The notes beneath the pieces are model-generated. The model saw nothing but the letters and a program-made list of their open reading frames with translations, ran no database searches and had not been told where the DNA came from. The position numbers and the translations under genes were made by a program. Below, one piece after another: positions 48,029 through 58,347 of a stretch of DNA of 64,000 nt (positions are counted from its first letter, which is position 1; each line of letters begins with the position of its first letter). The stretch comes from a virus. The DNA lies in the IMG/VR virus record IMGVR_UViG_3300035698_019443, positions 1 to 64,000 of that record. One strand, 5' to 3'.

Positions 48029-48331
48029 TTACTCCACTCTTATCCATTCTATGCGATACCCTGTACAGGCACCGAAACCAGTACCGTAAGGATCAGGATA
48101 TAAGGCACCCGTAGGATCGGGTGCGCTAGTTGTTGACCAAAGTACCCAGCGAGGACCACCTGAGTCCCAGACCTTATTGACGTAAGTTGTAGTTGAGCCC
48201 CCGGCATCCCCCACGATAATCGCACTAGGTGAGGGGTACGAAACAACTGTCACATCTGACACGTCGTCTGGAGCAAGTATGACCTGGGGGTCTGGGAATG
48301 CTACCACCAAAACATCTGGAAGATCTGCCAT
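48029..48331 (-). CDS. Small structural accessory protein
   Basis: Packed between the paralogs. Confidence 0.5.
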   Translation of the reverse strand: MADLPDVLVVAFPDPQVILAPDDVSDVTVVSYPSPSAIIVGDAGGSTTTYVNKVWDSGGPRWVLWSTTSAPDPTGALYPDPYGTGFGACTGYRIEWIRVE

Positions 48332-48338
48332 ATCAGTC

Positions 48339-49805
48339 TCAGATCCCAGTAGGGGTCGTTGCCCCGTCAAGAAGGTCTACAATCGCCACATCAGTCATCA
48401 TCAACAATGTCTTTAGTGCCCCAGTAGTCGGATAGGTACGAGCAGCGACCGCACCCCAAAGGAGCCAGCGGGAGACGCCGAGGTATCCCCCAAGTAAAGG
48501 CTCCATCACAACTACCGGCATGAGACGCTCTTTCGAGTCATATAGGCTCGCCCTGCCTGCCGTTTTGTAGGCCACACTGCTACTGATGCGGTAATACGCC
48601 CCATCCTTTGCGCTTTCAAAGTCACCCCCTACGTCGACCCACACCCGCACCCATTCATTGGCAACAGCGGCAAGAAGGGTATCGGTCATAAGAGCGTCAG
48701 AGTTGTGACAGAGCACGAGAGGGTGAAGATCTCCTACTGCCGTATCAGACATATCATCCAACCACATGGACTGGCTCAACGTGTTTGTCGCATAATACTC
48801 CTGGGCGAAGAAACCGTACTCGCCTGCGGCACTGGGAGTATCATCGGCAGCAAACTGGCATATCGTGGGGACAGTTCCTGCTACCCCCATGGCTTGCGGA
48901 GCCGCATGTGTCCCCTTATCAGACAACGCTTGCTCATCTGTAGCTGTTGGGGCCAGCTTGAAAGTCGGTGATCCTCCTGTATACCCTACGGCTTTCGAGT
49001 AACCAGCAAACCAATAACCGTCATATGTCGCACTATCGTTGATTGCTCGGTTAAATAATATCTCCCGCGTACCGCTGGGATCTTGAATGCGGAACCAGCA
49101 AGAGTCTGCACCAAGCGGGAGACCGAAGGGCGTCGGTGCTCCCCCAAAGAAGTTGTTCTGTCCTGCCTTCTCGCTCGTGAAATGGTCGCCGTGGACCTGA
49201 TAGCAAACAATTGCAATCGTCCCGTCCACAGTCGCATCGGTGATGTCCTCGTTGAGCACGATGTCTGTTGGACCGGAGCCGGTAGTCGATGCGACAGTGT
49301 ACGTCCCATCGTTCCCCGTCGACCCTGCAATGACAACGGGATCGCCCGCACTCAGCCCCGAAGCGTCCTCTGCCACCGTGATGGTTTCGGTCCCTACAGC
49401 GACCCCAGTAATCGAGAACGGGGAGGAACCAGTCTCGGTGGCTCCCCCCGAGGCGATCTCGACCTGGACTGTATCTGCGTCAATGACTGCTGTGATCTCG
49501 GCATTGATCACGTTATTGAGGGCTGTTGGCATCCCGAAGTTTGTAAGATACTGCCCTACCATCGCTGCTGTGAACAACCCGCTTCCTGGTAGTTCGACCT
49601 GCATATGCGTTGCGTCGGGTGTGTCTTTTGTGATGTCGATAGCTCCCCCATCAGTCACCCGGTAAGGCGTCGAATCGCCCGCAGAGTCCTCCCCGCTACC
49701 GCTATCGAGTACCTTCCAGCCGGCAGCTTTGAGGATCTCTTTCAAGTAGTAAAAAAAGGAGTGAGACCCTAGTCCCGCTCGGTTCAGATCTCTTTGAATT
49801 GTCAT
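48339..49805 (-). CDS. Putative spike/receptor-binding protein (paralog B)
   Basis: Paralog of 46808-48028 with larger internal beta insert. Confidence 0.6.
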   Translation of the reverse strand: MTIQRDLNRAGLGSHSFFYYLKEILKAAGWKVLDSGSGEDSAGDSTPYRVTDGGAIDITKDTPDATHMQVELPGSGLFTAAMVGQYLTNFGMPTALNNVINAEITAVIDADTVQVEIASGGATETGSSPFSITGVAVGTETITVAEDASGLSAGDPVVIAGSTGNDGTYTVASTTGSGPTDIVLNEDITDATVDGTIAIVCYQVHGDHFTSEKAGQNNFFGGAPTPFGLPLGADSCWFRIQDPSGTREILFNRAINDSATYDGYWFAGYSKAVGYTGGSPTFKLAPTATDEQALSDKGTHAAPQAMGVAGTVPTICQFAADDTPSAAGEYGFFAQEYYATNTLSQSMWLDDMSDTAVGDLHPLVLCHNSDALMTDTLLAAVANEWVRVWVDVGGDFESAKDGAYYRISSSVAYKTAGRASLYDSKERLMPVVVMEPLLGGYLGVSRWLLWGAVAARTYPTTGALKTLLMMTDVAIVDLLDGATTPTGI

Positions 49806-52800
49806 TACACCACCTCCACATACAGGCCAGCGAATCCAAGGTTGAGCGTGTCCCCGACTGTCCCGCCTGTAAGGGACACCGAAACTTCATACATGCGAGC
49901 TGCCGCTGCCAGCGTGCCCGCCGCAGGCCCCCCTGTCAGCGTGAGGGCGCTCGTCTCCTTGTACACCTGGCCAGCAACCGCCGACTCAAGCAGGAACCCT
50001 GCCCCGCTAGTGATGCGTGTGGGCGCGGCAGCGGCGGCAGTAGTGCCGATGTCGTCAATATGCACCGACGCTGTTCCTGCTGCGGCAAAGACCGCATTCA
50101 TCATGCAGCGGAACTTCACCTGCCCGCCAGTTGGCACCTTCGAGGCGTCGAACATGAATTGGCCGACAACGATCTCTGGTCCTGCCCCTGTCACGACGTA
50201 GTCATAGCGTCCAGTCTCGATGGAGGTGTAGACCCCCGTTGACGTGCCACCACCTGTGACCGTATCAGCCCAAACATCAGGGCCAGTGGACACAAGATAC
50301 ATCCACCCGGATTTGCCTGTTGCTGTATTCGTCCCGTCGTCGAGGTAACACGCCCCGACAGCCTCTCCAGTGGGAGCTGCGGCTGCCGGAAGCGACACAG
50401 TGAGACTGCCGCCGACGCGGAGAATCTTGTTGTCGAACTCGCCGTAGATCAGAGGGGTAGCAGTGTCGGTGTTCGCGATGAACAACTTGTTCGAGCCGGT
50501 CGTCTCCAGCCCACCTGCGTTGTAGCCGAGAAGGACATTCAGCGTGCCGGTTGTAAGCTCGTCACCAGCCAGTGCCCCGACCGCTGTGTTGAATCCTACC
50601 GAGGTAGTAACTTTCTCCAGGCACTGGAAACCAATCGCGACATTGCTATCACTGGCTCCCGACGCAGAAAAGGCAGTCATGCCCACAATAGTATTTCTCT
50701 GCCCGTCATTTCGATAGCTGGCCAACGCACCAATGCAGACACTATCGTCGCTATTGATGAGACCATCTCCCGCACGCTCGCCAATACAAACATTGTCGTC
50801 GCCATAGAGCTTAGTGGCTGCTTGGTGGCCTATGGCTACGTTCCGTTGGCCGCTGGAAATAGCGTAGCCGGCTCGATAGCCTATTAGTGTATTCTCATCC
50901 CCGAAAGTTGCACCTTCGCCTGCCTGTGAACCAATGGCAGTGCATTTATCCGCACTAGTAGCAGCCACCATGGCTTGGTAGCCAATAGCAACTGTGTCAT
51001 TGACCGTAAGAGCTTCGCCGGCACGGTAGCCCACAGCGACACAATTGGTAGCTCCAGTTGTCGCATTCTTCATAGCGTCGATGCCAACAGCTACCGTGAA
51101 AGAAGCTAGCGCCGATAGAGACCCGTCGCCGATGGCGATGGTTGAATCACCTCCAGCCGCACTGCCCGTCATCCCGTACCGCCACATCGACTGCTTCCAC
51201 AAATACGTGTAAGCACCCGAAATGGCTATCCAACGAGTAGTGCCCGCGTCGGCAGTAGCGAGGACGTGGGTTGCGTCGTCCGCGTAGGTGCCGACAACGA
51301 CAGCCTCGTAACGGTACATCGACTCGGTCTCGACGCAGTACATCAGGTCGTTATCGGTACCCGTTGCGAGACGAGCCGCAGCAACCGTCGTGTAAGTCGT
51401 CAGACCGCCGCCGCCACCGCCCGCTGCGGCCCAGGAGATGTCGGTCCCGTCAGAGGTCAAGACGTAGGTTGCCGTCCCCGCCGCCAGCCGCGTCGTCGCG
51501 TTCGCGGCGTTTCGGATAATGAGGTCTCCCCTAGTCGTCATCGGGTCGGCGAAGCCCGTGCCGAGCTGCACGGGAGTTCCCGCATCATCAACAAACCACA
51601 GCGTGGTGGGAGCACTGTTGTCGACATAGAGCAGGCCAGTTCCGCCAGCCGCCGAGGGGTCAAAGGGCGCTGCTGCCTGCTCGTCGAGCACCAGGCCCGT
51701 TGGGTCGATCAAGCCAGTGACGGTGAGCTTGCCCTCGATGCGAGCGTCTCCTACGACACGCAGCGTCTCGGCCCCGGCAACCGCTGCCGCGCCCACGACG
51801 AACTTGTCCCCTGTCGCGACGTAGACCACGCCGGTCGTCCCGTCAGAGGTCGAGGCGAGGCGTAGGGTGTCGGATGCGTCCGTCCCACCGTAGAGCACCT
51901 GGCCCCCGCTACGGCCCACGAGCCATGCGGCCCCAGGGTGATCGTCGTCGAGCAGCCCAGCGAGGCTACCGTGGTCGCTCGCGACCCCTGCACTTGCCCG
52001 TGTGACAGACCGGAAGTCGACGTAGTTTGCACCCTCATCAGTAGTGACCACGCGAGCCTGCACCACGTTGCCGTAGCCGTCCGAGGTCTGATAGATCACC
52101 GAGCCGAGGGGTGTGATCTCGGCGAAGGGCAGCCCCGCAGTGACCAGCGAGTTGATCTCAGTGGTCGCACCTTCTCTGGCTTTCCGCTTATTGCTGTATT
52201 CGACCTGTCCCTGGATGGCGATGATGGGCTCGTCGAGGTCGTTCGTGGCGAAAATGTGAACGAGAACGAAATCGTTATTCGTGACCTGGGTCTGCTGCCA
52301 TGCCCCGCCAGTCAGCTCATTCCATGCGAGTCGGTCGGACGCGCCGAAACGCTTGCAGGCGTAGACTGAGGCGGTGTCCTTGTTCCAGTCGGACGCGCCC
52401 GACAGATAGTAGATCGGGGCCGTGAGCTGGGGTGTGAGATCCTGGGGCGATCCATCGGTGAAGCGTAGGTAGATGTCCTCGTCCGCGATCGCGACCGTGC
52501 CGCAGTCGAACTGCGCCGAGGCGTTGACGCCGCCGTCGCCATCGGCTGAGAAGCTGCCGAGCGCACCACCTGAAACCCACTGAGTGCCGAATGCCGCATG
52601 GAGGTATTCATGCGTGATCCCGTCCATGATCGTGCCATGGCGTTCTTCCGCGAAGTAGATCTGGACGGCGGCTGAGACGTCCCAGTAGACGATGGCACAG
52701 ATCGCGTTGTCCCGCAGAATAGTAGTGGACCACGTCTGCGTGGCCTGGAGTACCTCGGAGCTGTCGAGGTAGAAATACCAGAGCCCCTCGGTGTTAGTGA

Positions 52801-53428
52801 TCGCCTTGGTCTTGGCGGCGACGGAGTATTTTACCCCTGAGATCCAGTAATCGAAGGTCGCGCCGGTCGGAGCAACTGTGAGCGTCAACGTCCCGTCGTC
52901 GAAAGCGAGCGTCGATGTTGTGCGGCTGTCAAAACCCGTGGGTTCCGCCAGGGCTGCGAAGGAGGCGCTCGGCGCGGCCAGCCACGCGAGGTCAGACCCG
53001 TCCGAACCCAATACCTCGCCAGACGCACCCAGGCCGAACCGGGCTGTAGCGTTCGCGGCATCGCGAATAATGAGGTCGCCTCGTGTAGTCATCGGGTCGG
53101 CAAACCCCGACGACTCTGCGGCCCAGACGATGTCAGACCCGTCTGAGGCGAGTACCTGCCCGATAGTACCGATGCCGAGACGAGCGAGGACGTTCGCAGC
53201 ATCGCGGACGATAATGTCCCCACGGGTCGTCATCGGGTCGATAAGCGCCGCCACCCAAGCGATGTCTGTACCGTCCGAACCCAGTACCTCGTCGGCGGCT
53301 CCGATCCCGAGGCGAGCTGTCACATTCGACGCATCTCGGATAATGACGTCGCCGCGAGTGGTCATGGGGTCAGAGAAGCCGCCGCCGCCACCCTTGGGAG
53401 AAGTAGAGCCGAAAAGACTACCAGACAT
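49805..53428 (-). CDS. Long fibre/spike protein with DPMTTRGD repeats and YadA-head-like xxAIG repeats
   Basis: Four ~44-aa DPMTTRGD...SDGxDxxW repeats; many N(V/T)AIGxxA repeats; Gly/Ala/Thr-rich. Confidence 0.75.
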   Translation of the reverse strand: MSGSLFGSTSPKGGGGGFSDPMTTRGDVIIRDASNVTARLGIGAADEVLGSDGTDIAWVAALIDPMTTRGDIIVRDAANVLARLGIGTIGQVLASDGSDIVWAAESSGFADPMTTRGDLIIRDAANATARFGLGASGEVLGSDGSDLAWLAAPSASFAALAEPTGFDSRTTSTLAFDDGTLTLTVAPTGATFDYWISGVKYSVAAKTKAITNTEGLWYFYLDSSEVLQATQTWSTTILRDNAICAIVYWDVSAAVQIYFAEERHGTIMDGITHEYLHAAFGTQWVSGGALGSFSADGDGGVNASAQFDCGTVAIADEDIYLRFTDGSPQDLTPQLTAPIYYLSGASDWNKDTASVYACKRFGASDRLAWNELTGGAWQQTQVTNNDFVLVHIFATNDLDEPIIAIQGQVEYSNKRKAREGATTEINSLVTAGLPFAEITPLGSVIYQTSDGYGNVVQARVVTTDEGANYVDFRSVTRASAGVASDHGSLAGLLDDDHPGAAWLVGRSGGQVLYGGTDASDTLRLASTSDGTTGVVYVATGDKFVVGAAAVAGAETLRVVGDARIEGKLTVTGLIDPTGLVLDEQAAAPFDPSAAGGTGLLYVDNSAPTTLWFVDDAGTPVQLGTGFADPMTTRGDLIIRNAANATTRLAAGTATYVLTSDGTDISWAAAGGGGGGLTTYTTVAAARLATGTDNDLMYCVETESMYRYEAVVVGTYADDATHVLATADAGTTRWIAISGAYTYLWKQSMWRYGMTGSAAGGDSTIAIGDGSLSALASFTVAVGIDAMKNATTGATNCVAVGYRAGEALTVNDTVAIGYQAMVAATSADKCTAIGSQAGEGATFGDENTLIGYRAGYAISSGQRNVAIGHQAATKLYGDDNVCIGERAGDGLINSDDSVCIGALASYRNDGQRNTIVGMTAFSASGASDSNVAIGFQCLEKVTTSVGFNTAVGALAGDELTTGTLNVLLGYNAGGLETTGSNKLFIANTDTATPLIYGEFDNKILRVGGSLTVSLPAAAAPTGEAVGACYLDDGTNTATGKSGWMYLVSTGPDVWADTVTGGGTSTGVYTSIETGRYDYVVTGAGPEIVVGQFMFDASKVPTGGQVKFRCMMNAVFAAAGTASVHIDDIGTTAAAAAPTRITSGAGFLLESAVAGQVYKETSALTLTGGPAAGTLAAAARMYEVSVSLTGGTVGDTLNLGFAGLYVEVV

Positions 53429-53429
53429 A

Positions 53430-53915
53430 TCAGCCCTCCACGCAAGAGACAGCGACGTAGCCGTCAACAGAGTCGGTGTCTTTCCTAAACGACAGATAGA
53501 CGAAGGTTTTCGGGATGTACTCGTAGGTCGATCCACCCTTGAGGTGCGTCGAGCCATTGCCGACTAGGTTCCCTACATTGGCGCTTCCCCCCGCCGTCGC
53601 TCGGGCGTTGAACCACGCATCGACACTGGGGGTAATGTGGAAGGTTCGATCAGAGGGGTTTAGCGGTCCAAGCTCCTGGCTTGCGGCGAGTAGGGTCATA
53701 CGCCATCCACGGGAGGAAGGGATAAGGTCAATCTGCCGGAATGGATTGATCGTAGTGTCGTCCCCAGCTACGCCACTGATAAGAAACGTCCCGCTAGGCG
53801 TCCCCGAGACGACCTCGATGTATCCATTGTCGTCGGTACGGATCATCCGTCCTTGTCTGTGCGTGACCTGGCGTGCAGTAGACCCTATGATCGTCGCTAT
53901 CGTGCTGTCGCTCAT
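53430..53915 (-). CDS. Putative structural protein
   Basis: Beta-rich; first gene of fibre operon; TAGAAT 6 nt before ATG. Confidence 0.55.
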   Translation of the reverse strand: MSDSTIATIIGSTARQVTHRQGRMIRTDDNGYIEVVSGTPSGTFLISGVAGDDTTINPFRQIDLIPSSRGWRMTLLAASQELGPLNPSDRTFHITPSVDAWFNARATAGGSANVGNLVGNGSTHLKGGSTYEYIPKTFVYLSFRKDTDSVDGYVAVSCVEG

Positions 53916-53946
53916 ACACCCATTCTACTGGGCGCGGCGTGACTAT

Positions 53947-54906
53947 TCAACGCAGGGCGGAGAGGAGAGGAGAGCGGGAGAGCGCGGCATCCCAGGACCA
54001 GTGGTCGCGCACGGAGGGGGCGAAGTTCTCGGCCTTCCGGTGGAGCTCCTCTTCGTTGGCTCGATAGAAGTCCAACGCGGAGTCGAGATCGGACAGGTCG
54101 TCGGCCACACGCACGAGCCCGCCGTCGATCGTGTCCGCCCACTCGGCGTGGCCTGTCGAGGTCGTTGCGACGACTGGCGTGCCGCAGGCGAGCGCCTCGA
54201 GAGGCATCATTCCGAAGCCCTCGGCGCGCGAGGGGGCAACGAGACAGTCGATCGTCTTATACAGAAGCGCCATGACAGAGGGGCGCCGGGATGGTCCGCC
54301 CATGTCGATCGGCACGCCGTGCTTTGACGCCAACACCGCGTCCGTGCCCTTGCGGTCGGAATTGACGGCAGACCGGAAGTGCCGGAAGTTGACAGAGCTC
54401 CGTAGCTTCGTCCAGGGATGAGCTCGTGGGGAGAAGGCGGCGCCGACGCCGTGCTGAACCACGCCGACGGCCCGGTCAAGGCCAGCGTCGAAGAAGGCGT
54501 CGCGGCAATGCGCGGAGGGCGTGAGGATGGCGTCAGCCCGCTCCATATCCGCGACCCATCGGGGGCTTACCCCATTGGCGTAGTCACAGACGTGGTAGCC
54601 CACGACGTGCTCATAGCGGGGCACAGCTCGGAGCCACTCGGGGAAGCCGAAGACGAGAGCGACGCCCCTCCGCCTGAGCTGCGAGTCCTCTCGTGACTTC
54701 GAGTACTGGAGCGCGGCGTTGCGCACTTCGATGTGTAGAGCCTGCGGAGCTCGCGGGATGCAACTCGGCAGGTCGCAGGGCTCGCCGCGCAGATTGACGA
54801 CTTGGAGATCGACCCCCTGGCGCACGAGCCACTGTGCGATCTCCCGGCACACTACCGGGTAGCTCGACCAGCCAGCGAAGTGCCCATAGAAAGTTACCTG
54901 TGACAC
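53947..54906 (-). CDS. GT4 glycosyltransferase
   Basis: ILTPS, RKG, APSRAEGFGMMPLEALACGTPVV. Confidence 0.9.
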   Translation of the reverse strand: MSQVTFYGHFAGWSSYPVVCREIAQWLVRQGVDLQVVNLRGEPCDLPSCIPRAPQALHIEVRNAALQYSKSREDSQLRRRGVALVFGFPEWLRAVPRYEHVVGYHVCDYANGVSPRWVADMERADAILTPSAHCRDAFFDAGLDRAVGVVQHGVGAAFSPRAHPWTKLRSSVNFRHFRSAVNSDRKGTDAVLASKHGVPIDMGGPSRRPSVMALLYKTIDCLVAPSRAEGFGMMPLEALACGTPVVATTSTGHAEWADTIDGGLVRVADDLSDLDSALDFYRANEEELHRKAENFAPSVRDHWSWDAALSRSPLLSALR

Positions 54907-55844
54907 AATGCCTCCATTGCGAGCGTGACCCGTTGGGCCTCGTGAACGAAGCCCCACGCCCCCACGGCGTAGCTATGGAGGTCTGCCCCCATCTTCCGCA
55001 ACCCGTCTCGTCCGTTCTCGTTGAGCATCCTCGAAACAACACCTTGTACGGCGTGCTTTGTGATCGGCCCGATGACACCCTCGCCTTGGATCGCCTCGAT
55101 CTCGCGCCAGACCCCGCCGGTCCTCGTCGTGATAATCGGCACGCCGCACATCCCCGCCTCGAGCACGGGCACCGATGTAGGATGGTCCCCGTCATTCAGG
55201 CAAATGTAGGCGTCGAGCGAGCGGTACCACCCTCGCATCCCCTCGGCGTCGAGCAGCCCCTCGACCTCCCGACGCTGGAGCACGAGCTCTGCGTCGATCT
55301 CTGCGAACGCCGCCTGTATGATGTCGACGTTCTTGACCGAGCCCCAATTGAGATCCGAGCCCGCCCAGCCGACCCGCAGAGGTCCGCCGTGGTCGCTGTC
55401 GTAGGGGCAGGGGGACCAGAACTCCTGGTCGACCCTGTCGTGCGAATAGATAACGGGCACGCCGAGCTTGACTGCGTTTGGGATCATCGACTGGGTGTTG
55501 ATCACAACGGCGTCGAGCGTCTGCGGCCTGACTGAGACCCGCATGTCAACGCCCTCGTGGCGAATCTCGAGGCGAGCGTCGCGCATCGAAGCGAGGGTCA
55601 ACACCGCCCGTTTGCACAGGGGGAGGACGCCGCGGCGTACCGCATCGTAGTAGACGGGCAACGAACCGAAGCGGACGAGGTCAAAGGACCCCATTCGTTG
55701 CGGCGTGCATTCGTTCTGTAGGATGTTCAGTACCTCCCACCCGGCGTGCGTCGTCTCGCCGTAGTTCACGAGGCCCATTCCGTCGCGGTGGAGGCACCAC
55801 CAGTCGACGTCGGAGACGTAGCAGAACCTCAGTGCGCGTTCCAT
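54894..55844 (-). CDS. GT4-like glycosyltransferase
   Basis: LRVGWAGS, VLEAGMCGVPIITT; paralog of 7688-8656. Confidence 0.8.
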   Translation of the reverse strand: MERALRFCYVSDVDWWCLHRDGMGLVNYGETTHAGWEVLNILQNECTPQRMGSFDLVRFGSLPVYYDAVRRGVLPLCKRAVLTLASMRDARLEIRHEGVDMRVSVRPQTLDAVVINTQSMIPNAVKLGVPVIYSHDRVDQEFWSPCPYDSDHGGPLRVGWAGSDLNWGSVKNVDIIQAAFAEIDAELVLQRREVEGLLDAEGMRGWYRSLDAYICLNDGDHPTSVPVLEAGMCGVPIITTRTGGVWREIEAIQGEGVIGPITKHAVQGVVSRMLNENGRDGLRKMGADLHSYAVGAWGFVHEAQRVTLAMEALCHR

Positions 55845-57514
55845 GTCACCCCCCGGTTCGCGTCGAGCTCATCGAGAATCGCTCGGTTGCGCTCTCCCTG
55901 CGCGGCTTGCTCGGCGGTGTGCTCGTGTTGGTACTGGGCGACAATGAGCGGGTGGCTATCCGACCGCACCCCACCATGCGCATCGAGGCGTTGCAAGAAG
56001 TCAATGTCCTCTGAGCCCCAGCCCTCGAAGTGCTCCTCGTCATAGCCGCCGGCGTCAACGAGGTCGGAGACGGCGACGGCGACGCAGCCTGTGGCCGGGC
56101 GCTCATTGCCGATGAAGGGCACGAGGTACGTCCCTGGCCGAACGACGGTGGCTACGTGGTCGAGGTAGCCCGTGGGGATACAACAGTCGACGTCGAGGAA
56201 GAAGACGATATCGTAGTCGTCCTCGAGGGCGAAGCGCGCCCCGGCGTTGCGGCAGCGTGCGATCGAGAACTCCCCGCTCTCTGGCGGCGTCGTGCCAATA
56301 AAGGGCACGTCGAACTGTAGCGCGACGTCGTTGGCGGACTCGGCGAAGCCTGCGCGGGACCCCTGGTCGACGACGACCGCCGGGGCACCACCCAACGATT
56401 CGAGCGCCGCGCGCAGGTCGGTCGCGGAGCGATCGCGGAAGGGGATCACGGTGAGCACCCGAGGCTGCGGGCGGTAATCTGTCTTCTCCCGACGAAGGAG
56501 TGCTTTGATCACCGTCGAGAGCTCGCCCCCTACCGCCTCCGTCGTTCCTCGATAGGAGAGACACTTCCGTGCCCCGTCGAAGTGGCCCGAGGCGGCAGCG
56601 ACGCGAAGCGCAGAGCCCACGAGCTCGCCGTGCGTACCACTACGCCAATAGGGAACGTCGTACTCTCGCAGCCACCCGCCGATACGCTGCGGGGCGATAA
56701 TCGCGAGGTCTGCCGCGGCGGCGTCGAGCAGGTAGGGGTCGAGGTCCGAGCGCCCCGTCGTCGAGATATAGACATCAGCCCGATCAAAGATCTTCTGGAG
56801 CATGCCGTGGTGGAGGTCTTCGCCCAACCCGACAAGGGTAATTGAAGGAAGCTCGCCGGCGTCGTCAACGAGCATCGTCCGAGCGAGCGAGCGCGCGTCA
56901 TGGAAAGGGGCGTCAGGGCATACGAGAACGAGCTCGACGGGGCTCGTCGGGCCGAAGGTCTTCACGTACTCATCAACGAGGTGCGAGATGGTCCCCCCGC
57001 TATGCCATCGCCCGATGGCGACGAACTTCGTCGCACCGCGCTCGTGGGGCGTCGAGTAGTAGAGCTCGGGCTGCGCCGGCGGGGCGACGTAGGCCAGACG
57101 CTCGACGCCGGCAGCCGCAAGCACCTTGTATGCGCCCGGCGAGGGGACAATCACACCCTCAAAGTCGTTCAGCCCGTCGACGTACTTCTCTGGGATCGAG
57201 TTGAGGCCCCACTCGACGAGGGCGACGTTGCGTGCTCCCGCCTCCTCGGGCACTCGGATGTACCGACAGGCGTCCGCGACGGTCCCGATGAACAGAACGC
57301 TCTTGTCGCGCTCTGCCCAGGAGTCGCAGCGGAGGTGATGGTCCAGTATCGGGTGCCACGGCTCGGGGGTCGCCCCTCGCTCGACTGCCGCATTTGTCTT
57401 CGCCCGCCAGGTCAGGCGGTAGTCAACCTCCGCCTCGTGGAGCGCCGAGAGGTAACCCCACCCCATCCGAGTCCACCAACTGTCGCCGATCAAGTCGGCT
57501 GTCACAAAGAGCAT
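55829..57514 (-). CDS. GT-B + GT2 (GT-A) fusion glycosyltransferase
   Basis: VIVPS...ADVYIS; VIPFRDR, VVDQGS, RNAGA, FLDVD, GGYDE...GWGSEDIDF. Confidence 0.8.
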   Translation of the reverse strand: MLFVTADLIGDSWWTRMGWGYLSALHEAEVDYRLTWRAKTNAAVERGATPEPWHPILDHHLRCDSWAERDKSVLFIGTVADACRYIRVPEEAGARNVALVEWGLNSIPEKYVDGLNDFEGVIVPSPGAYKVLAAAGVERLAYVAPPAQPELYYSTPHERGATKFVAIGRWHSGGTISHLVDEYVKTFGPTSPVELVLVCPDAPFHDARSLARTMLVDDAGELPSITLVGLGEDLHHGMLQKIFDRADVYISTTGRSDLDPYLLDAAAADLAIIAPQRIGGWLREYDVPYWRSGTHGELVGSALRVAAASGHFDGARKCLSYRGTTEAVGGELSTVIKALLRREKTDYRPQPRVLTVIPFRDRSATDLRAALESLGGAPAVVVDQGSRAGFAESANDVALQFDVPFIGTTPPESGEFSIARCRNAGARFALEDDYDIVFFLDVDCCIPTGYLDHVATVVRPGTYLVPFIGNERPATGCVAVAVSDLVDAGGYDEEHFEGWGSEDIDFLQRLDAHGGVRSDSHPLIVAQYQHEHTAEQAAQGERNRAILDELDANRGVTWNAH

Positions 57515-57527
57515 GCTTGCCCCCTCC

Positions 57528-57944
57528 TCATACCTTGTGTACGACGTTCTCGTCGATCCTGAATGCCAGCCCACAGATCGTCTTCCCGATGGTCTGCGAG
57601 CAAGTGAGCGCCTCCTCGATGGTCACAACGACTGTTTGGACAACGGGTTCGCCATCGTGGGGGTGGGCAAAGGTCAGGGGCTCTCGACGGTCGACGTGGA
57701 CCGTCTTCTTCCCCCCACTGATATTGAGTTTCTCGCCGCACCTCGGACAGCAGATCTCGATGTCGTAGGGTATCTGCCCCCCCGAGCGCTCGTGCAGGTC
57801 AGCGGCGAGCAGGTCGGCGTCGATCACGAGCCCGTCGATCTCCCCCCCACGGCAGAAAAGGTAGACGGGCAGCCCATTGAATGTTGAGACCCCCCAACGT
57901 CCTCGCTGCCAGGCCTCCGCCGTCTTGCTATCTGGTTTCTTCAT
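57528..57944 (-). CDS. Cys-containing hypothetical protein
   Basis: CPRC...C...C. Confidence 0.55.
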   Translation of the reverse strand: MKKPDSKTAEAWQRGRWGVSTFNGLPVYLFCRGGEIDGLVIDADLLAADLHERSGGQIPYDIEICCPRCGEKLNISGGKKTVHVDRREPLTFAHPHDGEPVVQTVVVTIEEALTCSQTIGKTICGLAFRIDENVVHKV

Positions 57945-58347
57945 CGTGACTCAACTCCTCGAGCGCCGCCGCCCGTGCCTTGTTTAGCTCTTTCATCGCC
58001 GCTTCACCTTCAGGGTGGCGATCTGGATGGAAGTCGCGAGCGAGCTCGCGGTACGCCTGGTTGACGCCCTCCTTCGTTGCGGTCTTGGGGTCAAGCCCTA
58101 GCAGCGTCCAGTGGTCACTCTGCTCCGCGACCTCCTCTGCTGTCTGATCCCAAGGGAGCTCCTCGTCCTCGTCGAAGAGGCCTTCGATACAGTCATCGCA
58201 GACGACTCGCTTCTTCGCGACGCTGAGCCAGGCATGGTTGGGTTGGGTGAACCTGCCACAGGCGGCACACCCGAAGGTCTGCTCGGCACCGCCGAGGACC
58301 GTCCCGAGCCCGCCGAGCAGTTGGTGGAGGAGGTCATCCATGGTCAT
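57928..58347 (-). CDS. Zn-finger + DnaJ domain protein
   Basis: CAAC...CDDC; LLGL...AYRELARDFHPDR. Confidence 0.85.
   Translation of the reverse strand: MTMDDLLHQLLGGLGTVLGGAEQTFGCAACGRFTQPNHAWLSVAKKRVVCDDCIEGLFDEDEELPWDQTAEEVAEQSDHWTLLGLDPKTATKEGVNQAYRELARDFHPDRHPEGEAAMKELNKARAAALEELSHDEETR

Noticed and set aside
46753-48370. Diversity-generating retroelement TR/VR pair
   Set aside because: No reverse transcriptase in the window and differences between copies are not adenine-specific
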